DNA of 58,407 nucleotides, counting the filler, from Catajapyx aquilonaris (lineage: Eukaryota): NCBI GenBank assembly GCA_000934665.2. It is 3 parts of 3 records of this genome, joined end to end, with 100 filler letters (N's around TTAATTAATTAA, not from the genome) between each part and the next. Parts side by side here need not be neighbours in the genome. Positions count along the whole stretch, not along the records: positions 39,055 to 58,407 come from JYFJ02006500.1; 2 more parts are not named here. One strand, written 5' to 3'. Positions 48,289 to 58,407 of this stretch are shown in pieces. Position 1 is the stretch's first letter. Each line of letters starts with the position of its first letter. Below the pieces are notes generated by a model. That model did not search any database. It saw only the letters and a list, made by a program, of their open reading frames with translations, and had not been told where the DNA came from. The translations under genes were made by a program, and so were the position numbers.

Positions 48289-49454
48289 TTATACAGTACG
48301 GCACTTATTTCTCTCTGTGTGGCTCTCCCACAGTTTACCATCTTTTCCAGACCCCAGGCGGACCCAAAAAGTTGGCACGAGGAGACCTCTCAAATGGTGG
48401 AGTGTTGACCCAGGAAAAGTGCCGAAGGAAAATCTCATTCTGCTTGGAGGAGGACCATATGTCAAGCCCACGCATTGGGACAAGCCCTACAAGGACCACA
48501 ACAGGGTCAGGACTTGACCGGACCTCCTTTGAGTCTAGGTCGGCCAGGCAGTGAGAATGACTGGTGATGGTGAGTATTCAGCCTTGTTCTCAGGAATGCA
48601 TTTTCTGCGCAGGGGTTACATCTTGCATGGGATTTTCTCTTTGCTCTGGCAAGGTCAATTCATTCTGACGTGGGTGAAAAAAAAGAAGAAATTGCAGAAA
48701 ATCCAGGACTTTTGAGACATTTGAACCTGTTCATGGGCTTGCCTCTTCTCCAAAATTGCAGTTTGGTTCTTGCCAATAGAATGAACTAACTTAATGCAAA
48801 GGGTTGTGTCAGATAGGCACCCTGGTGGTGATCAAACATCTGTGGTTAAAGGTGGGACTGCATGAATAACCAGTCTCACTCATATTTGCTGTCCAATAGA
48901 AGAATCTGCAGCATTGAATCCTCTCAACCAATCTAAATTTTTGGCAGGCATCCATATTATCACCATATCACCAGGCATAGGATTTTTTTTTCACCCCTTC
49001 CCTTCCCCCATGGGCCTGCCTCCATCTCGTGCCCTTTGTAACTTGTTCATGTGTAGAGCAAGCTGCATTTTTTGTCTGCAAGTTTGTGAAGAGAGGAAAA
49101 AGGGGAAACATGGTTATGAAAACAACCTTGTAGATCTTATTCCCTGTGGCCCGGTTTAGTCTCAGTTGCTTTTGCACCATTAATATGCAATCAATCTTAG
49201 GCCTCATTGTGTGAATACAAATTAGGAATATAGCTGATTATGCAAAGGTATTCACAATACACAATTTGAGATAGTGGGAAATTTTCCCTCATTTGCTGCG
49301 ATACAACCTAATCCTGAGCTGAAAAAGGCTGATGCTCTCAGACAACCTGACTCAGGACAATGTGATGATAATCCAACATAAACAGACATTTCCTCCTTAA
49401 TTTTAGTTGATTCAACTGTAGTATATTGAACTATGCATAATATTTATATCTTCA

Positions 49455-49836
49455 CATGGTGTTTTGTACTAGTAGATCAACCCAAAGTCAGTGTATTCCT
49501 TGGCCCAAAACAAGTTTAAAATGTAGGGGGGAGAAATGCGGAGGGACCAATCAGTAACAAGGTAGACGACAAGAAACATTGGGAATTATTGCCTAGGTAG
49601 CAGGATATGAGCATTGATATTTAATGACTTCTGTGAAAGAGGTGACCTTGCAAATACCAACATTCACAATATATTATCACGCTCATATCCTGCTGCTTAG
49701 GCAACCACTGGCCAATGTTGCTGGTCATCAACCTTGTTACAGGTTGGTTTCTTGACATTTCTCCCCCCTACATTTTCAACTTGTTTTGGGCCAAGGAATA
49801 TGCTGACTTCAGGTTGACCTAGTAAGAAACACCCTG
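49455..49836. mobile_element. Palindromic Tc1-type MITE, same terminal family as 50967-55419
   Basis: Arms TATTCCTTGGCCCAAAACAAGT..ATGTAGGGGGGAGAAATG and their reverse complement; ends ACCCTG. Confidence 0.8.
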
Positions 49837-51501
49837 CATATCTAAATTGTGTATTTGATACTGCATCTAATTAGCATACACAGTAGCAGAAGGACGACTA
49901 CACTAATTTTTTGTTACTGGTACCAGTAATTTAGCAACTCTACCCAGCACTTTTATTAATTTTGAAAACATTAGGTTTCATGATAAGCCTCTTCAGAGAG
50001 CCTTTTTAAAGGATGTATTCCAATATTTAATTTGCAGTGGCTCACAATAATTTTTATTGGAAGTTGTATTAATCTTAGAGAGATGCCAAAGTGAAACTCG
50101 GTTTGTAATTATGTGTTCTTAATTGACCTGGGGTGAAAAGTTGAGAATTTGAAATTTTTTTCATATTTCAAATTCTACAGAAGGTGCCAGGAACATGCCA
50201 GAATTTTCATGTTCATTTTAATGACAATAATAAATGATAGGAGGTTTTTTGATTTGCACATTGATCACAGTATGGTTTAATAAAGTCAGTCATATTCTTA
50301 AATGTCACAACACCTTAAACAGGGTAATACACCATGGAATCATTGAATGCATTGCACCATGTTCTATGGTGCAGATACAGCCCAGGGCCCTTTTATTGCC
50401 TGACACATAAGGTCGTTTGTCCAGTTCAAATTTCAATTAAAAGTGCAAGGCTGCAAGAAGGGTTCAAGCATACCTACCAGGATATGTCATACGTTGGGTT
50501 TGGATTTTATTATCTGTGTAACGAGGTTTCTCAGACAATTTGATACCACTACACCTCTGATTGCCAGCAAGATCGGAGACTATCGAACTATTGAGCAAAA
50601 CGAAGGGCTGAAGAAGTTTCCCTTGATCTTTTGTAATGTTTAGGGGGGTTCCCCTCTCAGAGCAAGTTGAATATGAGATTGGTCACACACAGATGAACTT
50701 GCATATTCTCACGGGCCTGTAGGACTCGACTCGCACATTTTTCACCATAACATTGTGTTTAGTCAAGAGTGGTTTAGTACAGTACCATATGCATTCCAAA
50801 AGATTTGACAAGGATCAACATTATGGAAATCTACCTTGGTTATTGCGGCATGCTGGCCACCCCTGGGTTAAACCGGCATGCTGGTCGACCTCATTTTATA
50901 CTGGCATGCCGCTTTAAGTGAGGTAATACAGTACTTATAAACTGATTATCGCTTTTTCATGTAATACAGGGTGCTTCTTACTAGAGTGGCCTGTGGTAGT
51001 CAGTGCATTCCTTGACCTAAAACAAGTCAAAAATGTAGGGAGGAGAAATGTCAAGAGACCAACTGTTGACAACTTAGACGACGATGGAGATATGCGTTCT
51101 CCTGAGACAAGCATGTCCACCCACCCAGCATATTTCCTGTGGGGAAGGCAGCAAGCAGCTGTACTCCCTTATTTACAGTGGCTAAGGGCCAGTTTCACCA
51201 AGCCCGGTATTGATAAAATAGTCAGGGCCCTAAGCGTCTTAACCTTGCATTTTGTGATAAGAAGGTGCCACTGGGCACATATGTTCCCTAGGCCTATAGG
51301 AGCAATTCCAGAGTTGCAGGCAACTGATCGGCCCCTTGGGTCACGAGTTATGCGGTGTTGCCAACATGGCCGGGGATGACCTGAGCGGTTTTAACATTGC
51401 ATTTTGGGATAAGAAGGTACCGCTTGGCACATATGTTCCTTAGGTCTGTAGGAGTCGTTTGAGAGATGGCGGCACTTGATCGGCTCCTTAGGTCAGATGT
51501 T

Positions 51502-51839
51502 TTTTTTTTTTTTTTTTTTTCTTTACCCCGTTGGGAGTTGATTTCCATTAGGGGGGTGGAATTACCACCATTTGGGTGGAACTGGTGTACTGTGTGATAG
51601 TACTTAGTGTGTTCCAAGGGTAGGTAGGAGGGGATGTGCAAAGTGCGTGTGCACAGACGTTGTATTTGCCGTTTTGTGAACTCCCCCGGGTGGCTTATGT
51701 GCAAGGATCGCCACCCGAAACGAAGCCAGAGACGGTCTCACTCTGCACGAAAGAAGGTGGGACCCCGGGTGGGGATTGAACCCGGGACCTTAACTTCCGT
51801 GGGCGCACGCGTTACCACGGCGCCACTCCGTCTCCCCAT
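51502..51839 (-). mobile_element. tRNA-derived SINE, family A
   Basis: Head GGGGAGACGGAGTGGCGCCG on minus, poly-A tail, TSD CTTAGGTCAGATGTT (51487, 51840). Confidence 0.85.
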
Positions 51840-52414
51840 CTTAGGTCAGATGTTATGCGGTGTTGCCAACCTGGTCCTGGACCTAAGTGTTTTGAACCAT
51901 TTTTAACTTTGCATTTTGGGATTTTGGCAAGCATGTTCCCCAGGCCTAGAGGATCCATTTGAGAGTTGGCGGCACCTGATCGGACCCTTAGGTCACGAGT
52001 TATGCGGTTATTCTTAGGTCCCTGACCAGGTTGGCAACACCGCATAACTCCTCACCGATCACGTGCCGCCATCTCTCAAATGGATCCTATAGACCTAGGG
52101 AACATGTCTGCCAAGTGGCACCTTCTTATCACAACGTGCCGAGTTAAAACGCTTAGTTCCCTCATCAGGTTGGCAACACCGCATAACTCGTGACCTAAGG
52201 GGCCGATCAGTTGCCTGCAACTCTGAAATTGCTCCCATAGGCCTAAGGAACATTTGTACCAAGTGGCACCTTCTTATCCCAAAATGCAAAGTTAAAAATT
52301 GTTCAAAACGCTTAGGTCCAGGACCAGGTTGGCAGCACCGCATAACTCCTGACCTAAGGAGCCGATCAAGTGCCGCCATCTCTCAAACGACTCCTACAGA
52401 CCTAGGGAACATAT

Positions 52415-52710
52415 AATAATTTGTACCCCGTGCTAGAGCCATGGGCTCTCTTAGGGGGGTGGGATACCACCATATTTTTTTTTGTCTGGAACTCTTACTT
52501 TCGTTTTTACTTCTCTTATATGGGGACGGGATAGGGACGGAAGGAAGCGGCTGTGGCCTATAATTACGGACACGACCCCGGAATTTTCCTGGTGAGACCA
52601 TGGGAAACCACAGAAAACCACGGTCAGGGTCGGCGGCCACCGGGATTCGAACCCAGGACCTCCCGATTAGCAGTCGGATACCAAATCCCCTCCGCTACCA
52701 CTGCTTCGGT
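52415..52710 (-). mobile_element. tRNA-derived SINE, family C
   Basis: GGTTCGAATCCC B box, GGTTTTCTGTGGTTTCCC..GGCCACAGCCGCTTCCTTCC core, TSD CCTAGGGAACATAT (52401, 52711). Confidence 0.85.
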
Positions 52711-53250
52711 CCTAGGGAACATATGTGCCAAGCGGTACCTTCTTATCCAAAAATGCAACGTTAAAACCGCTCAGGTCATCCCCGGCCATGTTGGCAACAC
52801 CACATAACTCGTGACCTAAGGGGCCGATCAGTTGCCTGTAACTCTGGAATTGCTCCTATAGTCCTAAGGAACATATGTGCCAATTGACACCTTATCACAA
52901 AGTGCAAGGTTAGGCCTGATTTTTGCGCTTAGGGCCCGGACTAAAACCCAGGTTCTTTTGGAAAATCCCTGCAAATAGAATATGGATTTTCCGAAAAAAC
53001 CGGGCTTGGTGAAACCGCCCTAAGTGTCAAGATGTAATCCCAATATTGATGGCTGGAAAAAGGAGGCGGCCTTTCCAGATCCCGCTAGTTACCCTACACA
53101 GATTGAAACAAATGCATATCTGGGCAAACTACACGGAAGACGGGGTATTGCAGTACGGTGAAAGCCGAATTAGCACGAAGTTCCAGGTGTATGTCAGCAT
53201 ACTCTGTATTTGTGAATGCCGTCTGTTGCCTCTTGCTCCCTCCTGACATA

Positions 53251-54246
53251 TATGGGTTGTTTAATAAATCATTGTGCGAATTTTTTTATTCAAAAACCTT
53301 AACACATACAGATATGACCTTGGCTGAGTTTTGAAGCTCTGGCGATTGCAATTGAGGTATTGATAGGAAAAACAACAGATGTCCAAATATTTTACAAGAC
53401 GAATCGTGTGTCAGAGCCCGAGATTATCGGGCGCAGCCTGTGTCATTTTTCCAAGTAATATTTTTAAAATATTCCAAGTGTCATAAAGAAGTCACTGTAA
53501 CCCTTGAAAACCTAGTAATAAAATCCAACAAGGAGTGTTTTTGTTTTTCTCAAAATCATGATTTTGTAATATTTGTTGTTTTTCCTATCAACGCCTCAAT
53601 TTGATCGGGCATACAGATGTCGCCCATATCGCGAAGGAGGCAGGGAAACAAAATGGGATTATGACACTCCCCCCCCCCCACCCCCCACCGCACCCCCCAC
53701 CGCACCATCGCCCTGAGACGGCTCCAGCCTGACGCGCTTGGAGCTGTAGGATGCTGCATGCGGGACACTCAGAGATGGACAACACTGGAGCTTGCTTTCG
53801 AGTGTGGGACAAGTCTGAGAACTATGGCCAGAGCTATGTATCATCCATATCCACAATCTGTTTTAAAAAAATACATTGCCCTCAATGCGATCAAGTTCCA
53901 AGCGAGGGCAAAATGGTGGCACTGTTGCACCTCAAAGAGATGGTGAGGAACTATTGAGGATGCCAACTTTCTCTTTCAGTGTCCTAAGCATAATGCTGTG
54001 ACTTGTCCCGCATGCAGCGTCCAACAGCTCCAAGCGCGTCAGGCTGGAGCCGTCTTAGGGCGATGGTGTGGTGCGAGGGTCACGATCCCCTTTTGTTTGC
54101 CTGCCTCCTTGCAATATGGGCGACATCTATCTGCCAGATCAAATTGTAATCGTGGGAGCTTCAAAACTCTGCAAAGTTAATCTCTGTATGTGTTACCATT
54201 TTTGAATTTTAAAAAATACGCACAATGACTTATGAAACAACCCACG
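53251..54246. mobile_element. Tc1/mariner-type non-autonomous element
   Basis: TGGGTTGTTT..TCATTGTGCG / CGCACAATGA..AAACAACCCA with TA flanks; a related end starts near 58290. Confidence 0.7.
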
Positions 54247-54534
54247 TATTTTGTATTGTGTGGGCAGATGCCCATTATTATTGTCACTAGTAGTCAAATG
54301 TCATGCTTGTAACCCACACCCTCGCGGTAAGGCTGTATCCACCACATGCTTTACATGACATAGCCTGCACCATTTAAGTACAGGTATGAACCATCACTGT
54401 TCTGAGTGCAGCACGGGGCTAATACATCATTAGCATAAAATTACTCGAAGTGGAATGGGGTCTTATTTTCAACAGATTACTACGTCTCGCTCTCTGCCCA
54501 GAAATCTTCACCATAGTATTAGTTATACACTGTA

Positions 54535-54921
54535 CAGTCCAGCTCATAAAGAATGGTACAACTCTATGGACGACGTGTTTATTCTGATTATCCAGCATTA
54601 TTCCCAACCTGATTTCGTCGCGACACTATGGACAACTTGTCCTAGATCTCTGGCAACCCATATGACCCCCTCCTGACTTTTTCCGAAATTTTTTATTACC
54701 AAAATGTTCAACCTGGTACAATTCTTACATAGATTTGAGATGAATTTGCCCCCTTAAATTTTCTTACTTCGCCTTGTTTTTTTCTTCTCTTTTTTTCTTG
54801 ATTTTAATAACCTTTTCCCAGCCTTCCTCATGACCCCTAAAAACATGCTGGTGACCCAGGGGTTGGGAACAGAATAAACATGTTGTCCATAGAGTCGTAC
54901 CATTCTTTATGAGCGGTACTG
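54535..54921. mobile_element. Tc1-type MITE
   Basis: TA|CAGT..GCTCATAAAGAATGGTAC ... GTACCATTCTTTATGAGC..ACTG|TA. Confidence 0.8.
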
Positions 54922-55501
54922 TACATTGCAATCACTTGTTAGTGACAACAATGTCAAAGTAGGCTATCTCGCCATTGCCGGGATATTTTGAGCACTTGCC
55001 CTGTCAATTCTTTTCCCCATTGGTCTGGAGGTAATAAACAATCAAACTAATTCAGCTTTCAATAAACTTCAATACCCTGTTTTCAATTTAGTTTGCCCAG
55101 ACATTTATTCATTTCAGTCTGCACAGGATGAACTAACAGGAACTGGCAAGGTCATTTCTTTTCCCAGCCATCAATATCAGGATCACATCCTGACATTTAG
55201 ACAACCCCTGTACGTAAGGGGGTATAGCAGTTTGCCGCCTTTCCCACAGAAAAGCTGTTGGGCAGGTGGACGTGTTTGTTTTAGGGGCACGTAAATATCC
55301 ATTGTCGTCTACATCGTCAACTGTTGCTCCCTCAATATTTGTCCCCCTTACATTTTCGACTTATTTTGGGTCAAGGAATATGCTGACTGCTGATTGACCT
55401 ACTAGTAAGAAACATCCTGTACAGTAGCTGCTGTTTTCGACAATACCTGGGATATTGGCCACCTAGATTGGGGTGGAAAAAGTTACACAAAAATTATTAA
55501 T

Positions 55502-57321
55502 GGGTCATTCCACGTCAGTTCGTCACGATATTAGCCCTTGGTATCTCGAATTTCGTTCAGACTTTTTTAAATGGAAGTACTCCACCCCAAACAAGTGTGG
55601 CCCAGGCCATTCATCCGAAAAAAAATTAACAACGGAACTACGGGCGACTAAAGATTATCGATTTTATCGTTTTTGGCGCTGTGCCGTATCCGAAAAGTGA
55701 CGATATCTCCCTTAATATCGATCGTAGAGAGATGTACATATAGGGACTTGTATTAACTGGAGATGTGCACGGAATAGACGTAGGCCACCAAATATAATTT
55801 TATGTAATATCTTTAATATTTTACGTTAAATTTTAAACTTTAAATTTACTTTTCCAAAAAGAGTATTTTTATTTATTTTTACTTTTTTCCCTTACATAAA
55901 TCTATAGTCCTTTGTGTTAATAATAATAATAATAATAATTTGATACCCCATTATCAGCCTACCGGGCTTTTCTAGGGGGGGATTTCTCCCAATTTTTTGT
56001 CTGGAATTCTTCCATTTTTACTATTTTTCTCGTCATCGGAATGAAGCAGGGAAAGGGAAGGAAGGAAGTGGCTGTGGCCTATATTACGGTAACGACCCCG
56101 GAATTATCCTGCAAGGACCATGGGAAACCACAGAAAACCATGGTCAGGGTCGCCGGCCTCCGGGATTCGAACCCAGGACCTCCCGATTAGCAGTCGGACA
56201 CCCTATCAACTCCACCACTACTGCTTCGGTTCCTTTGTGTTAATTATCCCGTTAAAATGTCGATGGGCAATTCATAATTGTTCGAGATAAAAATTATCGA
56301 AATTGATGATACACCGCTCATGCATATCTCGCTAGTGTCTTGAACGAACGTTCCTTGGGTATTTGTTGGCCCAGTAAACAGGATTAACTAATGATGTAAG
56401 TCTGGCGACTAATTTTCTTATTACAAATTCTGAACCAATGAATACCTTAGCCATTCAATAATTTTCCAATGATTTTGTCAAATATTATAATTACCATTCA
56501 GTATAGTAGTAATCATAATAATTGACAAAATCATTGGAAAATTATTGAATGACTAAAGTATTAATTGGTTCAGAATTTGTAATGTTTAAAGAAAATTAGT
56601 CACCAGACTTACATCATTTTGTCAATTATTATGATTACTTAATTGATGACTTAATGATAATCATAACATTGACAAAATCATTGGAAAATTATTGAATGGC
56701 TAAAGTATTAATTGGTTCAGAATTTGTAATGTTTAAAGAAAATTAGTCACGAGACTTACATCATGAGTTAAGCCTGTTTACTGGGCCAAAAAAAACCAAT
56801 GAATGTTCGTTCAAGACACTAGCGAGATATGCATGAGCGGTGTATCATCAATTTCGATAATTTTTTATCTCGAACAATTATGAATTGCCCATCGACATTT
56901 TAACGGGATAATTAACACAAAGGACTATAGATTTATGTAAGGGAAAAAATAAATAAAAGCACTCTTTTTGGAAAAGTAAATTTAAAGTTTAAAATTTAAC
57001 GTAAAATATTAAAGATATTACATAAAATTATATTTGGTGGCCTACGTCTATTCCGTGCACATCTCCAATTAATACAAGTCCCTATGTACATCTCTCTACG
57101 ATCGATATTAAGGGAGATATCGTCACTTTTCGGATACTGCACAGCGCCAAAAACGATAAAATCGATAATCTTTAGTCGCCCGTAGTTCCGTTGTTAAATT
57201 TTTTTCGGATGAATGGCCTGGGCCACACTTGTTTGGGGTGGAGTACTTCCATTTAAAAAAGTCTGAACGAAATTCGAGATACCAAGGGCTAATATCGTGA
57301 CGAACTGACGTGGAATGACCC
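55502..57321. mobile_element. 1.8-kb near-perfect palindromic (foldback) element
   Basis: GGGTCATTCCACGTCAGTTCG ... CGAACTGACGTGGAATGACCC; mirrored ORFs 55473..55700(+) and 57123..57365(-). Confidence 0.85.
55922..56230 (-). mobile_element. tRNA-derived SINE, family C, in the left arm of the foldback
   Basis: TSD TCCTTTGTGTTAAT (55908, 56231), (TTA)n tail; the right arm shows the empty site. Confidence 0.88.
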
Positions 57322-57377
57322 AAATATGGGTGAAATTTGTGATAACTAAAACAACCTAAATACACAATGAATACCTT

Positions 57378-58007
57378 ATTACCTCTCGTAAAGCGGCATG
57401 CTGGTGTAGTCCAGGTCGACCAGTTTTTAGAAAGTCACAATCGGGTGGCTATACCATCATGCTGGTATAGGGCAAGGTATGCCGGTATAAGGCGAGGTTT
57501 TCACATAAGTTACATTATTCTTTCCGAACTTGACATTTGCCTGAAAATTGAAATTCACATAAAGCTATTGAAAAGGCACATTTTCCGAATAGGTTACCTG
57601 TTCCATATATTGTTTTCAATTGCAGTGTCTGGCAATAACGAGAGGGAAATCACTCTGTGCTTTACTGTACGACGGACCTACCCCGGACCTACCTTGGACC
57701 TCTGTCGAGGTGTACGAAGGACCTACCAAGTGATTTCCCCCTTGGGCAATAATCTCTATTTAAACAATATGTTGGAGCAGTGGGTTCCCCTGTCATAGCA
57801 GGCTGACGATGGGATTGGTCACACACTCTACCTTTTTATATGCACTGTGCAACAGAACTTGCATATTCTCACAGCCTGTACACTCACCCATTTTCATTGG
57901 AATGTTATTTTAGTATGGTACCGGAAGCATTCCAAAAAATTTGGCAAGGATAAAAATTACGGAAATCTACCTCGGCAGTTGCGGCATGCCGCTTTATGAG
58001 AGGTAAT
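57378..58007. mobile_element. TIR element of unclear superfamily; related partial copy at about 50680-50930
   Basis: ATTACCTCTCGTAAAGCGGCATGC / GCATGCCGCTTTATGAGAGGTAAT. Confidence 0.6.
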
Positions 58008-58407
58008 CTAGTACATGCTTCTAAAGATATGAGTTTATTCAAGATGTTTTTATTCAAGTTCCTGTCATTATTTATTGGTGGCAGCATCATTGTGTGTGTT
58101 AATGGGAGGGAAGAGGGGAGACTGAGAAAAGCAATGTCTTAAAGCAAATTTGATCCTCATTTAACCCTGTACTGCACACATTTAGGATTGTGGGAAGAAA
58201 AAAATTCTAACGCCTTTTTCTCATCATATGCGACGTAAGGATGGCTTTTATTATGTTTTGGTCATCTCTGACCCAATGACTTTGAAGTTACACCGGGTGA
58301 GTCAAAAATAATGGCGAGTATTTTTTTATTCAAAAATGGTAACACATACAGAGATGACCTTTGCTAAGTTTTGAAGGTCCGGTGATTACAATTTCATCTG
58401 ATAAATA

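Larger units (their letters stand above)
51186..53020. mobile_element. PIF/Harbinger-like foldback element with about 150-bp internal repeats in inverted arrays
   Basis: TAA|GGGCCAGTTTCACCAAGCCCGG ... CCGGGCTTGGTGAAACCGCCC|TAA; unit contains GTTATGCGGTGTTGCCAAC, forward then reversed. Confidence 0.8.
50967..55419. mobile_element. Foldback Tc1-type element expanded by nested insertions
   Basis: TA|CAGGGTG...CATCCTG|TA. The left arm (50967-51182 plus 53021 to about 53175) is the reverse complement of about 55048-55419. Confidence 0.75.

Noticed and set aside
55473..57365. Duplicated 75/80-aa gene pair
   Set aside because: Mirror ORFs from the two arms of a foldback element

Overview
Eukaryotic, very probably arthropod/insect, genomic DNA. 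Two identical artificial 100-bp linkers (44 N + TTAATTAATTAA + 44 N, at 19270-19369 and 38955-39054) split it into three pieces that need not be neighbours in the genome. Segment 1 (1-19269) holds 13 phase-consistent internal coding exons of the giant lipid-transfer gene tweek/KIAA1109/BLTP1, with TE-filled introns. Segment 2 (19370-38954) holds five tandem 3-exon genes for small secreted Gly/Tyr-rich proteins. They share promoter, pro-segment and 3' motifs, and four end in aromatic-Tyr-Gly(-Arg). Converging on them is a >2080-codon single open frame for a mucin-like protein built from hierarchical Cys-loop ([14 protein letters not shown]) and TTRP repeats. Segment 3 (39055-58407) holds part of a C2H2 zinc-finger gene, a decayed LINE, and heavily nested MITEs, foldback elements and tRNA-derived SINEs. 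Several different SINEs share a covarying 3' stem-loop. All calls were made by eye; no searches were run.
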